Positions 18,701 through 28,538 of a stretch of DNA of 64,000 nt are shown piece after piece. The stretch comes from a virus: IMG/VR virus record IMGVR_UViG_3300013094_000027, positions 1 through 64,000 of that record; one strand, given 5' to 3'. Position 1 is the stretch's first letter. Each line of letters begins with the position of its first letter. The translations under genes and the position numbers were made by a program. The notes under the pieces are model-generated. The model did no database searches and was not told the DNA's origin. It saw only the letters and a program-made list of their open reading frames with translations.

Positions 18701-21700
18701 ACCCAAATATTTTCTATTATCATCTATCATTTTTTGCAGATGATCAATATTCATATTAGCTAAATGAATTTGATAGTCAGTATCTTCTATGTATTGTTCT
18801 ATTCTTTCTTGAACTTGTGGTCTTGAAATAAGAGATGATTTTACATCTTCAAGATGTTTTTCTAAAGCATTATATAATGTTTCTTCACCATTTCTTTCAA
18901 AAGCATCTCCTGTAGTATTTAATTCATCTAATGCTTTTAAATAAAGTTCTTTAGAAGAATGTAAATTCTTTTGTAAGTCTTTTAAAGATTGTAAATCTTG
19001 TTTTTCTTGTTCGTGTGTTTTTTCTAATTCTAAAAGATGATTTTGTAAATTTTCTATATGTGTATTTATTTCTTTTGCTTGTTCTTTAATAACAGCAAGA
19101 TATTTTTTCTTAAATCCTTTTTCTGGATATTTTTGTTGACTATAAAGATGTTGTTCGTATTCTTTTGTTATTTGTTCATGTTTTTTTAACAAAGAATCTA
19201 TTTCATCTTTCATAGATTTAGTTCTAGATTCTAATTCTTGCAAAAGAGATTCTTTTTGAGATCTTCTTTGAGAAATTTCTTCTAGTTCTTTTTCATTTTG
19301 AATAATGCGTGATTCAAAAAGATTTTTTTGTATTTGAAAATCTTCTTCTAATTTACGTTGTCTTTCAATTGAAGCTATGTGTTCAATTTCAGATAAAGAT
19401 CTGTTTTTTGAAGAATACAAGACATCTCTTTCATTAAAGATTTTTCTTTTTTCTTCATTAGTTGTTGGATCTTTATAAACAACATAAAGATTTTTTTTAT
19501 CGTCAGCTAATTGTACTTTAGCATCTACATTTTCATATGTTTTTTCAGCATCATTCCATATTCTATATCTTATGTTTTGATTGCGATAATTTAAAAATAC
19601 TTTTTGATTTGTATTTAAATCTTTGTAATTTACCCAATTTCTTTTTATAGATTCTTCAATAAATTTATGTGCATCTATAGGATATGCTTGATCATTATTA
19701 ATTTGAACCATTAACATATCTTTGCCATTTTGTTTAAAAATACCAACAATTTTTATTTTATCATTAGTATTTATATTTACAGCTTCTCCTTTATATGATA
19801 ATCCTTTTTCTATTTCGTTTGCATCACCTACAAAATAATCTCCTTCAGTAATTGTTCTATTAGTTGTAGTACCATCTTTTAATGGTACATCAGATATAAT
19901 AATTGACTTTGGATTTTTTGGATCATAAGTGTGTATGATTATTTCATTAGGTTTATAATTTTTTTCAAATTCTTCATTTGTTATAGAAATCTTTGAATTT
20001 GTTTTTACATTTGGATCATTACTAATTTCTTTTAAAATAATATTTCCTTTATCGTCAACACCAGATACTTCAAATATTTTACCATCTTTAGAATATCTTG
20101 TTCCTAATAATCCTTTTTGTTTAGCATTATTTTCTTTTGTTATATTTTGTTTGTCTTCTTCGGCTTGTTTTGTTTGTTCAACATGTTCTTTAAAGGCATT
20201 TTTCCAAATTTTTGAATACTCCTCCCAATTACCTTGTGAATCAGTTATAATATTTGCTAATTTCAATTGACCTTTAGATTCAACATCTAATTTATAATAA
20301 TCTAAATACTTTGATATAGCACTTTCTTTTTCTGAAGGAGATAATACTCTTCCTGATTCTTTTAATTGTGCATCTACTGTTTGTGAAAAGGGTTCTTTTA
20401 AAAGTTTAGAATATTTTTCATCTAACGCTTGTATAGTAATATCTTTTTTACTAGCATCTGTTATAGCTAACGTATTATTATATTCTTCTTTGTATTTTGA
20501 TAAATGAGTTAAATATTCATTATGTGCGTCTATTAATTTATCAATCTGTGCTTTTTTTACAGAATTAGTTTCTGCTGCAGATTCTGCTTTTAATGTTTCT
20601 ATAGAACCTTTAATAGCATCTTCTTGAGTAAAGTTAAACATTGTTGAAAAAGAAAGCTGTTTAAAAGCATCCATACCACGAATACCTTTATCAGATCCTT
20701 TACCATTAAATAAGATTGTTTGTCTTTCAACACCCCTTTGTGCAATATCTTTATTCCAAACTACAGAATCTATAGCATGTTGAAATGCAAGATAATTTCC
20801 CATTTCTGTAGCCCTTTCTTCAGTACCTTCTTTATATTTAAAAGGATTGTGTGGATTTGGAAATTTTCTATAAACTTCTTTGTAAATAGAATTTATGTCT
20901 TTTGCACGTTGTTGAAATTCATTTATATGTTCTTGAAAAGAAACTGTTAAATCTTCATTTCCTTCATATGGAATATTTGGATGAAATTTTTCAAATAATT
21001 CTTTTGCACTAAGATTTTGTGTAAAATCTCTTAGATGATCTAAATATACATCTGCATATCCATTTTTTATTGCCGGTATAATAAAGCTTCTTAATGAATC
21101 ATCATGTAGATCATTAAATAGTTTGTTATTTTTAAATGCTGCAGCTACTTTTAAAAAAGAATCATAATGAGATTGTTCAGCAAGTTGTGCTAAATGATCT
21201 CTTATTGAAGAAGTAGGGTCTTTATAAAATTCATTAAATTTTTGTATAAATTCTGCAGCATTATTTTTATTTTCTTCTGTACGATTTTTCCATTGTTCTC
21301 TGTTTGTTATGTAATCTCTATTTTTAAAACCCTCACGAATACCTTCACCAACAACACCCATTGCAATAGCTCCTGTTAAAAAAGAAGATATAAATGTTTT
21401 TGCATTGTCTGGTGTAAACTGATTATTTATACTTTGTTTTAAAGAATCGGCAAAAGATAATTTGTCATTAGAAATTCCATACTTAGATTCATAAAATGCT
21501 TTTGCTGCATCATCTATTGTTTTAGTAGTTTCAACTGTTAATGCAAAACCTGCGCCATGAGAAATTTTACTAGGTATTGCATCTACTAAAGATCTCCAAG
21601 TAAAATATTTATCTTTTAAAAATAATTTTTCACCTGTTTGTTCAGCAATTTTTTCAGAATTAATACCAATCATTGATAAAAATTTTCCTTCACCTTGTTG

Positions 21701-22969
21701 TGCTATTAAAGCCTGAATAGATTTAGAAGGAGTAAGTATATTACCAAATGCTAATTTATTAGTATACATCATAGCTAAAGCATCTAAAGCACCATTTGTT
21801 TTTGATGCTTCTAATGCTTTCGCTTCTATATCATTTGTTTCAGATATAGTTAGATCTCTATTTTCAGTATTTCTTATTTTGTCTTTATAGTCTTGAATTA
21901 TTTGATGATATGTGTTTGAGGCATTTGATTGTGCCATTGAGATTCCTAAATTTAAATCTCTAAAATCAGCATATACAGCACCAACGCCATTTGCAAGAGC
22001 ACGTACTCTTGCACTTGATCTTGCAATATCTGCTGTTCCTATAGCAGCATCAGAAATACCCTGACCTAAAACATTTAAAGTATTACTAAAAGGAACTAAT
22101 TTAGAAGCAACTTGAATTCCTTTACCTACACCACCAACACCAGTAGACATTGCATTTTTTGCAACATCTAAACTATTTAAAAAATTTGGTGATTCTTTAT
22201 AAGCAGCGATTGATTTTTTTAAATTAGAAGTAGTATCAATTGTTTTACTCAAAACTTGTGATTCTTTAATTACTTGTGCAGTTAATCTTTCTGCTTCTAA
22301 ACCAATTACTTCTGGAGTTAACGCACCTGCAGTAGCTGTTATAAGTGCTGTTGTTGCATACATTTCAGCACCCATTTCAGTTACAGATCCCACTAAAGGT
22401 CCTGTTTCTTGAATACCTTTTAAAAAATTATTCCATGAAAAGAAACTGTTTTTATCATCTTCTGTTTGATATATAGCATATTGATTTTCATCTTGTTGAT
22501 TTTTTTTATAAACTTCTTCTAGTTCATCTTGATGAAAAGCACTTTGTAAAGTAGGATCTTGAAAAATAGAAGCAGTATCTTTCCATGATGTTATCTGATT
22601 TACAAAAGCATTTTTTGCACCAGACAACCAACCACCTATTGTATTTTTTAATTTTTGTCCTGTTGTTTGTGCTTGAGCATATCTTTGTTCATTTTCTTCT
22701 CCTAAAGAAGGGTCAAATCCTAATATATTATAATTATCTTTTCCTACGTATCTACTAGCGTTAGTTGCGTCCCAATTAAAAGTATATGTTTGTTGTTGTG
22801 CAGCTAAAGATGAAGGTTTATTAATAAAATCTTGCGCTCTTTGTTCAAAAGTAGATCCTTCTACAGAAGATGGTTGTTCTATAGGGCGTGGATTATAATT
22901 TATAGTATTACTTATATCTGGAGATGGTGCTTGTTGCACTTCATCAAATAGTCCTGTATCAAAAGGCAT
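15737..22969 (-). CDS. Giant ejected (cargo) protein upstream of vRNAP
   Basis: 2410 aa; Gly/Ala-rich hydrophobic helices at the N-terminus, long central coiled coil; synteny with crAss cargo cluster. Confidence 0.75.
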   Translation of the reverse strand: MPFDTGLFDEVQQAPSPDISNTINYNPRPIEQPSSVEGSTFEQRAQDFINKPSSLAAQQQTYTFNWDATNASRYVGKDNYNILGFDPSLGEENEQRYAQAQTTGQKLKNTIGGWLSGAKNAFVNQITSWKDTASIFQDPTLQSAFHQDELEEVYKKNQQDENQYAIYQTEDDKNSFFSWNNFLKGIQETGPLVGSVTEMGAEMYATTALITATAGALTPEVIGLEAERLTAQVIKESQVLSKTIDTTSNLKKSIAAYKESPNFLNSLDVAKNAMSTGVGGVGKGIQVASKLVPFSNTLNVLGQGISDAAIGTADIARSSARVRALANGVGAVYADFRDLNLGISMAQSNASNTYHQIIQDYKDKIRNTENRDLTISETNDIEAKALEASKTNGALDALAMMYTNKLAFGNILTPSKSIQALIAQQGEGKFLSMIGINSEKIAEQTGEKLFLKDKYFTWRSLVDAIPSKISHGAGFALTVETTKTIDDAAKAFYESKYGISNDKLSFADSLKQSINNQFTPDNAKTFISSFLTGAIAMGVVGEGIREGFKNRDYITNREQWKNRTEENKNNAAEFIQKFNEFYKDPTSSIRDHLAQLAEQSHYDSFLKVAAAFKNNKLFNDLHDDSLRSFIIPAIKNGYADVYLDHLRDFTQNLSAKELFEKFHPNIPYEGNEDLTVSFQEHINEFQQRAKDINSIYKEVYRKFPNPHNPFKYKEGTEERATEMGNYLAFQHAIDSVVWNKDIAQRGVERQTILFNGKGSDKGIRGMDAFKQLSFSTMFNFTQEDAIKGSIETLKAESAAETNSVKKAQIDKLIDAHNEYLTHLSKYKEEYNNTLAITDASKKDITIQALDEKYSKLLKEPFSQTVDAQLKESGRVLSPSEKESAISKYLDYYKLDVESKGQLKLANIITDSQGNWEEYSKIWKNAFKEHVEQTKQAEEDKQNITKENNAKQKGLLGTRYSKDGKIFEVSGVDDKGNIILKEISNDPNVKTNSKISITNEEFEKNYKPNEIIIHTYDPKNPKSIIISDVPLKDGTTTNRTITEGDYFVGDANEIEKGLSYKGEAVNINTNDKIKIVGIFKQNGKDMLMVQINNDQAYPIDAHKFIEESIKRNWVNYKDLNTNQKVFLNYRNQNIRYRIWNDAEKTYENVDAKVQLADDKKNLYVVYKDPTTNEEKRKIFNERDVLYSSKNRSLSEIEHIASIERQRKLEEDFQIQKNLFESRIIQNEKELEEISQRRSQKESLLQELESRTKSMKDEIDSLLKKHEQITKEYEQHLYSQQKYPEKGFKKKYLAVIKEQAKEINTHIENLQNHLLELEKTHEQEKQDLQSLKDLQKNLHSSKELYLKALDELNTTGDAFERNGEETLYNALEKHLEDVKSSLISRPQVQERIEQYIEDTDYQIHLANMNIDHLQKMIDDNRKYLGKVNDIKDLYERVVKAATDEKSLKNFLVDLMYNGNAEERKFATNMLSEQYRAKQDSNRDSFVNIEPDEFDVQAQAARLFVQKVLLESGKYQKELEQTQKEKQQLQEKQQRLLEEHQKLREISDIKDRIDFLKKLNDVFSTLPKEELQEIKNNISWDTEKTAHNNENKEFVTEQTPQSSEEDRGFLDNVFDYSSDKYEVRPVFNANQKQLSIVVGRNYHPEHLELRDDQGNIVRFRIKRNKTKELLLENDRLAILDKQSYTPEDLKNHYNILRALAKNEEILSSPFKESKVYLIGDKEYTVTRYDNDQQLNEREKNAEAYKFNADVDTTNNKIKLFVVTKDTEQNQELLEKFPWLKDVRNEQAYHDDIKVIYVNEENKPVDINGNVIENPTSENIIYRSLHGNDDLLESPLDNEFNKESFLKSEAWRLLKQMFVFQKDSKGQYLDQQLQQAYDELKRFRAQREKIKEDAKSGLVSIPIKGKTDGLPNRSEKNTENKRTKLSITNSLIKDGNWGNPVAPNGLPIKLKIANKKDNDTKNVKPGRLVLVREDGLKFPVNNRAFSEEEKTNILNALKYYAKYKEYLSSDAKKERLTSLYGEERAKEIINDLNKIEKYLNAVTFWGAPSEKDFVEGKYGKNRIWVINGKLYRSFGKDGKLDFMSMPFEPSEIDKNKDSLLEGMFHQVNDKFLSSNDPYIDLHVEETSSPKNEKNNFYDYQLKQNLENVSEGGDVYDNYLHYISVKKDNNGVPVLYTDLIENLKPEANGKNNYESNSLHPVLKQVNLTYDYNEGGYKPTPQEIKRETKQATQQPPKTKVKAKPETKTKQAESKPSETVSVTKPSNEIDWDQNEKLVGTKFTIQKPKGLQNAEIISYNEEKDNFEYKIQETGDIGEMSKKALLENKNGKFNVITSEVAKQETVEEKKPEENINIPNNIVSSQSEVHPVDEPVIATDNGSAIESLQESSDFPKENLSEKEIDELNKHQSCDNNIIEI

Positions 22970-25900
22970 TAGTTACTAAATTTTTGATTATATTGACGCA
23001 AATTTTCATTGTTGTTTTTAATATGATTTACTCCTTCTTGAGTTAAATAATCATATATTTCTTGTGGTGTTTTTGCTTTATCACCTATTAAAGGAAATAT
23101 CAATTCAATAGGATTTTGATCAAAACTACCTGTATTTCTATTTCTTGTTGAAACTGAACCTGAAACTATAATATTGTTTGGATCAGCTTGATCAGGAATC
23201 ATTGTCAAATCAAAACCATGTGAAGACAAAGTTGGACTTAATGGTATATTTTTACCATTATATAGATCAGAAAATAATTGTCTGCTTACTACATCTTTAG
23301 GATATGATCTTAGTAATCTTGATGTTGTAGAAGGATTAACTTCTATAAAAAATGATTTTCCATACAAATCAGATCTTTTTACATTACCCCACGTTAATTC
23401 AGGATCTAAATCTGCTTTTTTATCAGCAAGATCTAATTTAACTTCCCATAAATCTTTTCCATTAAATCCTATATTATGATAAGAAGCCGATTGTGTATAA
23501 TTTCCACTAGCTAATGCTTCTTGTATTGCTTTTTGTGTTTCAGGGTCTACAGGTTTTTTATCACTATCATAAACTGTTTTTTGATTTCCTGGTAAAGCAA
23601 GTTCTTGACTTGCATTTAATACAAATCTATTTGTTTTCTTTTCTTCAGTAGTTTTGGGTTGATCTGTTTTAATATATGACTGAACTGTTCCATATCTACT
23701 ACTTGCATTATCAGCATATTCAGGCATTTTACTTAAAACACTTTTTGATAGTTTTTGTTCAAAATCCTTATAATTTTCATTATATTGTTTTTGATATTTT
23801 TGTAATTTTTCGGCAACATCGTCATTGATAACATATTCTTTGTTATTTATTTGTAATGTACCGGGTGTATGTGTTGTAGGACCTTCGCCTTCAGAATAAA
23901 AATGACTTTTATCTACTTGTAAAGCATTGTTTTTAATGGCATCTACAATTTCTCTTCTAGATAAAAATTGATGTCTTCCGTATCCATCAACAAAATCAAC
24001 ATCTGAAACAACATCATCTATTTTTTTAGCAGAAGGTTCATATGTTTTTCCTTGAAAGATAATGTTTCCATTTTTATCTTTTTCCATTTTTTGCCCTGTA
24101 TCAGCATGTAAAATGTCATCAGGATTGTTTACATTTCTATAAACCATTGAATCTTTAAAAGCAGGATTTGTAGCTAATTCTGTTTTTGTATTGTTTTTTA
24201 ACATTTTATCTTTAGCATTATATTGCATTAATGCTGTTTCTGCTTTTAAAGCAGATGTCAGTTCAGATTCTATATTTGTTTTTTGAACTGATGTTAAATC
24301 TTTACGTTTCGCCTCATTTTGTGTAAAAATATTTATACCATGAATTAATTCTGGTAAAGTATTTCCTACAGGAACATTATTTTCTTTTAGTTTTTGTTGT
24401 AATTTTGTAATATTTTCTTTATCAGGATTACTTAATTTTTCAAAAGGAGTGTCTGCAAGTTTTTTAACAGAAGTGCAAATATTTGGCAAATCTGTCATAG
24501 GGATAATATTTCTACTTGTAAGTGCTTTTGCAACTCCTGTTGGACTTAAAACATTATCAACAGCAACACCTTTTAAAGTATTCATTTGTAATTGATAATT
24601 AGCCAAAGGATCTGATGTTTCTAAAACATCTGTTGTATCTTTTCCTACAATAGGTGTTGGATTAGTAGAAGTAGAAATAAATTTTCCATTTTCATCTAAA
24701 ACACCAGCATCCATTCCTTTTATTATATTACCGAAATGTTCTTCTTTTATTTTTGCAGAAGCTATTTCTCGTTCTCTTTTATCAGTAAGCATTGCAGACC
24801 ATACATTATTATTTTCTAATGTAACAGATGACAATGCTGTTATGCCTTTTGCAAAATTTGCAACATCTTTATTTTTTTGTAAATCTTCAAAATACTGTAA
24901 AGGATTGTTAGTAAGTCTTTCTATAAACGCATCTCTATTTCGATTATATATTTCTGAATTATCTTGTTTTAATTTTTCTTGCAATTGTTTTATATTATTT
25001 TTTGCAAGAGTGTATTGACTAAGTACTTGTTGTTCTTGTGGTGTATGTTTTCTAGGATTACCGTTTTTATCTACAGCCTGATTTTTTAATTCATTTATAC
25101 TTTCATCATATGTTTTAAGATTTGATTCATATGTTTTCATATTGTTTTGAATCATGTCTGTATATGAAGGTATAATATCTTTTGCTATTTCACTATCTAC
25201 ATCTTTATCAGCAATATTAGGATTTTGTTGTTTTATGTGATTTCTATATCTATCTAACCCTACTTGAGCAACCATTCGGTCTTGTTCTTCAAATTTATCT
25301 CCTAAAGCAGATTTTGCCCATATTTCCCAATTAGGTATTGTTTCAGCACCATTTTTTATTTTTTTAATATAAGGTGTTGGATTACCATGTTCATCTGTCG
25401 CATAATCATATTCTATTTCATAACCCGAATCATCTACAGCTTTCCGTAAATATTCCATTTTGTCTTGCCAAGGAACAATATTTCGTGGTCTTATCTTTTG
25501 TAAAGAACCATCGCCTCTTTTTGCATTTTGTAATTGCAAAATAGTTTGATTATTGTATTCTTCTTGAATAGGATTGTATTTAGCATATTCGTCTTTATCT
25601 GATGATGTTTTCCATTGATTAATTTGTGCAGCATTGTTAGAAACACCTTTTGTTGTGTACATATCAGCCATTATGTCCGAATCTTGATAGAACGGAGCGA
25701 AAAGTTGTCCTGCTTTATTAATATTTTGTGGTAAAGAGAGGTCTGCTTTTGACAATTCTTTCATACCTGATTGTGCATCAGCAATATATTCTTCTCTTGT
25801 TTTTTGATTATCTGCATTAGTAAGAGGTGAATTTAAAACAGAAGAATATATAGATTTTACTTGAGACAAACCTCTCTCATATTGAGATTCTTTTGTACTC

Positions 25901-25983
25901 AAAGCATAATTTAAAAACGAATAATCTAATGGTGTGACGCTAGGTGAAACTTGATCTATTTGCCCCGCTTGAAACCCTGCCAT
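22969..25983 (-). CDS. Cargo/ejection protein
   Basis: 1004 aa helical protein, TAATG-coupled to next giant gene; synteny. Confidence 0.7.
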   Translation of the reverse strand: MAGFQAGQIDQVSPSVTPLDYSFLNYALSTKESQYERGLSQVKSIYSSVLNSPLTNADNQKTREEYIADAQSGMKELSKADLSLPQNINKAGQLFAPFYQDSDIMADMYTTKGVSNNAAQINQWKTSSDKDEYAKYNPIQEEYNNQTILQLQNAKRGDGSLQKIRPRNIVPWQDKMEYLRKAVDDSGYEIEYDYATDEHGNPTPYIKKIKNGAETIPNWEIWAKSALGDKFEEQDRMVAQVGLDRYRNHIKQQNPNIADKDVDSEIAKDIIPSYTDMIQNNMKTYESNLKTYDESINELKNQAVDKNGNPRKHTPQEQQVLSQYTLAKNNIKQLQEKLKQDNSEIYNRNRDAFIERLTNNPLQYFEDLQKNKDVANFAKGITALSSVTLENNNVWSAMLTDKREREIASAKIKEEHFGNIIKGMDAGVLDENGKFISTSTNPTPIVGKDTTDVLETSDPLANYQLQMNTLKGVAVDNVLSPTGVAKALTSRNIIPMTDLPNICTSVKKLADTPFEKLSNPDKENITKLQQKLKENNVPVGNTLPELIHGINIFTQNEAKRKDLTSVQKTNIESELTSALKAETALMQYNAKDKMLKNNTKTELATNPAFKDSMVYRNVNNPDDILHADTGQKMEKDKNGNIIFQGKTYEPSAKKIDDVVSDVDFVDGYGRHQFLSRREIVDAIKNNALQVDKSHFYSEGEGPTTHTPGTLQINNKEYVINDDVAEKLQKYQKQYNENYKDFEQKLSKSVLSKMPEYADNASSRYGTVQSYIKTDQPKTTEEKKTNRFVLNASQELALPGNQKTVYDSDKKPVDPETQKAIQEALASGNYTQSASYHNIGFNGKDLWEVKLDLADKKADLDPELTWGNVKRSDLYGKSFFIEVNPSTTSRLLRSYPKDVVSRQLFSDLYNGKNIPLSPTLSSHGFDLTMIPDQADPNNIIVSGSVSTRNRNTGSFDQNPIELIFPLIGDKAKTPQEIYDYLTQEGVNHIKNNNENLRQYNQKFSN

Positions 25984-26004
25984 AATTTACAATTTAATTT
26001 ATAA

Positions 26005-26037
26005 TAAAATATACAAAAACTTATTAGGTTTACCTAA
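26005..26037 (-). promoter_or_regulatory. Putative late-class promoter for giant-protein operon
   Basis: TTAG (26037-26034), 20 nt, TATATTTTA (26013-26005); -33 lies within ATTAGGT-TT-ACCTAAT inverted repeat. Confidence 0.55.
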
Positions 26038-26056
26038 TTAAACTAACTTGGTTTAT

Positions 26057-27964
26057 TTAATATCCATAACCATAACCATAACCATATCCACCCATAGGAC
26101 CCATATTATAATTCATATAATCATTTCCATATCCAAAACTTTCTTGTTGAAGTCCGGGATTTGATCTTCTTGTTATAGACATACTATTCATCTTCATAGG
26201 ATTATATCTTATGCTTTCTCTATCAGACATCATTTCTCTATGTGCCATATCATAAGCATCTTTATACGATGCTTTAGAATCTCTTTTTAACATGTCTTTG
26301 TATATTTCGTCTGCACGACTTGCAACACGAGAACTACCTTCTTCTAAAGACATATTTCCTGCCCCTTGTAAATCAGCTTGATAATTTGGATTTCTAAGTA
26401 TTCTTTGTGTTGTAGGGTCTATATAAAAAGGTGAGTTTGGATGCATCATATTTAACATTTGATTTGTTGCAGCATTTTGTGCAGCCATACTTCTGTCTAT
26501 TGCACCTGTTTTTAAATAATTACGCATTGATTGGTCGTAATTAAATCTTGCTGTATCAACATCTCTCGCATACTGTTGTGCATATGCTTGATGTTTATCA
26601 AATGATTCTTGTGAATATTTAGCTGCTTGTGTTTGTCCTTCATTAAAAACATTTGCTTTTTGTTTTTGTGTTTCTCCAGAAATACCTGCAAGTTTTTCCA
26701 AACCTTGTCCAATAACACCATAATTAGAACCTCTTGCTCTTGAAGAATCTCCAAACATAGAATTTGATTGCATTGCATTTGCTATAGAAGATTGCATTGC
26801 AGCAATACTTGCTCTATCATCGGGTAAAGCAACTTGTGGAATAAAAGGTACTGATTGTGCTTTAATAGGCATTCCTTGTTTAGGAACTACGGCCATATCT
26901 GCAAACATTTTCATTCTATCACTCAAACTTATTCCATACGGAGGTATGTTTGAATAAGGAGTTATTGATTGATTACTATTTATATTTCGAATGTTTGCAT
27001 TTTGTTCTGATGTAAAAGGATTTATATTTCCCATTTTTTGTTGATCATCAGATGTATTTAAATCAACCATTGATGCAGTAGGAATTTTTTGTATTTGAAC
27101 TCGGTTTGTATTATTTTTTGGTATTGCTGGTGTAGGTATACTTTGTGCAGACAAACTATGAATATTTTTTAACCCACTCATATTTACATTATTAGAATAC
27201 TGTGTATCATCAAATACATCTTTATCATAATAGGGTTTTACTATAACAGGTGATGGTTGTTGTGGAGCAACATATCCTTGATAACCCATTCTTTGATTAC
27301 CAATACCACTATCAGACATTCCTGCTTGAGCTTTAGGTAAAAAACCACCATATTTAGCTTGAGCAACTCCTTTCTTATCAACATTAACTATTTCAGGTAT
27401 TCCTGTTGGAAATCCTTTACTTGCTTCTTGTACTATTGCTAAACCTCCTAATTTTTGCTGATATGATTGTATCATTTTTTCAGCAGTTGCTTTTTTTAGA
27501 TCATCTGAATCAGGATCATCAGCTATTGCACGATATTTATTTATATCGTATTGTTTTGCTAATTGAGCAGGTGTAAATTTTTTATTGGTGTTTGCATTTT
27601 TACCAAACATTTCTAAAATAGGTCCACCTATAGCAAGTTTTTTAAAATCACTAAAAATGAAATCTCCGGGTTCTGCTTGCAATGGAGTACCTCCTTCATA
27701 GTGTTTTTTACCACCTATATCAAAAGTATTAAGATCACCTGATTGTGATTTTCTTGCAAGCACTTCACCTTTTTCTGCTTCAACTGTTGCTTGATCTCTA
27801 GGAACAGCTTCCATAGTAGAAGTTGCTTTAAAAGGTTCTTTTAGAGACATGGTGGGGTCAAAGACACGACCTCCAGTATCGAGAGCCCATCCCGATTGGT
27901 TCGAGAAACCTGCTTTTCTTTGTGGTCTTTCTGATGGTGCTGCCATCACTTTTATTTTCGCCAT
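26057..27964 (-). CDS. Cargo protein with ExExGE...GxxHxxGG...FIFSD module
   Basis: 635 aa; VEAEKGE...GGKKHYEGGTPL...DFIFSD, AKYGG linker, low-complexity Q/M/N region, GYGYGYGY tail. Confidence 0.7.
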   Translation of the reverse strand: MAKIKVMAAPSERPQRKAGFSNQSGWALDTGGRVFDPTMSLKEPFKATSTMEAVPRDQATVEAEKGEVLARKSQSGDLNTFDIGGKKHYEGGTPLQAEPGDFIFSDFKKLAIGGPILEMFGKNANTNKKFTPAQLAKQYDINKYRAIADDPDSDDLKKATAEKMIQSYQQKLGGLAIVQEASKGFPTGIPEIVNVDKKGVAQAKYGGFLPKAQAGMSDSGIGNQRMGYQGYVAPQQPSPVIVKPYYDKDVFDDTQYSNNVNMSGLKNIHSLSAQSIPTPAIPKNNTNRVQIQKIPTASMVDLNTSDDQQKMGNINPFTSEQNANIRNINSNQSITPYSNIPPYGISLSDRMKMFADMAVVPKQGMPIKAQSVPFIPQVALPDDRASIAAMQSSIANAMQSNSMFGDSSRARGSNYGVIGQGLEKLAGISGETQKQKANVFNEGQTQAAKYSQESFDKHQAYAQQYARDVDTARFNYDQSMRNYLKTGAIDRSMAAQNAATNQMLNMMHPNSPFYIDPTTQRILRNPNYQADLQGAGNMSLEEGSSRVASRADEIYKDMLKRDSKASYKDAYDMAHREMMSDRESIRYNPMKMNSMSITRRSNPGLQQESFGYGNDYMNYNMGPMGGYGYGYGYGY

Positions 27965-27983
27965 AATATTATTTTAAAATTTA

Positions 27984-28015
27984 TTTGTAAATATCATAAA
28001 AAATTTGTACCTTTG
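27984..28015 (+). promoter_or_regulatory. Bacteroidota-type promoter oriented antisense to the lysozyme gene
   Basis: TTTG (27984-27987), 20 nt, TACCTTTG (28008-28015), intergenic. Confidence 0.65.
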
Positions 28016-28020
28016 CTCGC

Positions 28021-28066
28021 ACAAACAATCTCTTCAATAGAGCTTACAAAGCTACAAACAATCTCT
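28021..28066. repeat. 13-bp direct repeat ACAAACAATCTCT
   Basis: Copies at 28021-28033 and 28054-28066. Confidence 0.8.
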
Positions 28067-28526
28067 ACGAATAAAACAGAGAAATTTCTTTTTCTCTGCG
28101 TTTAGTTAAACCATCAACTACATTGCCTCCTGCATGATTCCATGCCATCCAGGATTGTTTTATTACATCTGGTGTAGCTTCATCGTTTATGTTTCTTGCA
28201 AGAGAAGATTTTGCAAATGCATTGCAACCAATATTATATACAAAACATCCTAACGCATCTATCATATGTTGATTAATATTTGTTTTGATTGTTTTTTGAA
28301 TGCAAGGTAAGAAATTTTTATTTAAATTGCAAAGTAATATTTGATTAGCGTAATCTTTTGAAATAGCTTTATCTTCTAATGTTACTTTTGTGCCGTCACA
28401 ATAATAAGTTGATCCGTATCCTATAGTTGGGATGCCGACTATATCTTTGTAAGGTGCTGCTTTGTATCCTTCACATGAAGCGATTAAGTTAATACAATCT
28501 TGTGAAAATTTTAATGTGTTGTCCAT
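28065..28526 (-). CDS. Lysozyme / endolysin (GH24 family)
   Basis: EG..APYKDIVGIPTIGYG catalytic E/D/T motif, YNIG, GLTKRREKE C-terminal motif. Confidence 0.93.
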   Translation of the reverse strand: MDNTLKFSQDCINLIASCEGYKAAPYKDIVGIPTIGYGSTYYCDGTKVTLEDKAISKDYANQILLCNLNKNFLPCIQKTIKTNINQHMIDALGCFVYNIGCNAFAKSSLARNINDEATPDVIKQSWMAWNHAGGNVVDGLTKRREKEISLFYS

Positions 28527-28538
28527 ATAGTTTTAGTT

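Noticed and set aside
26063-26090. CCATAA hexamer repeat as a phase-variable tract
   Set aside because: In-frame unit encoding a Gly-Tyr tail; slippage would not shift frame
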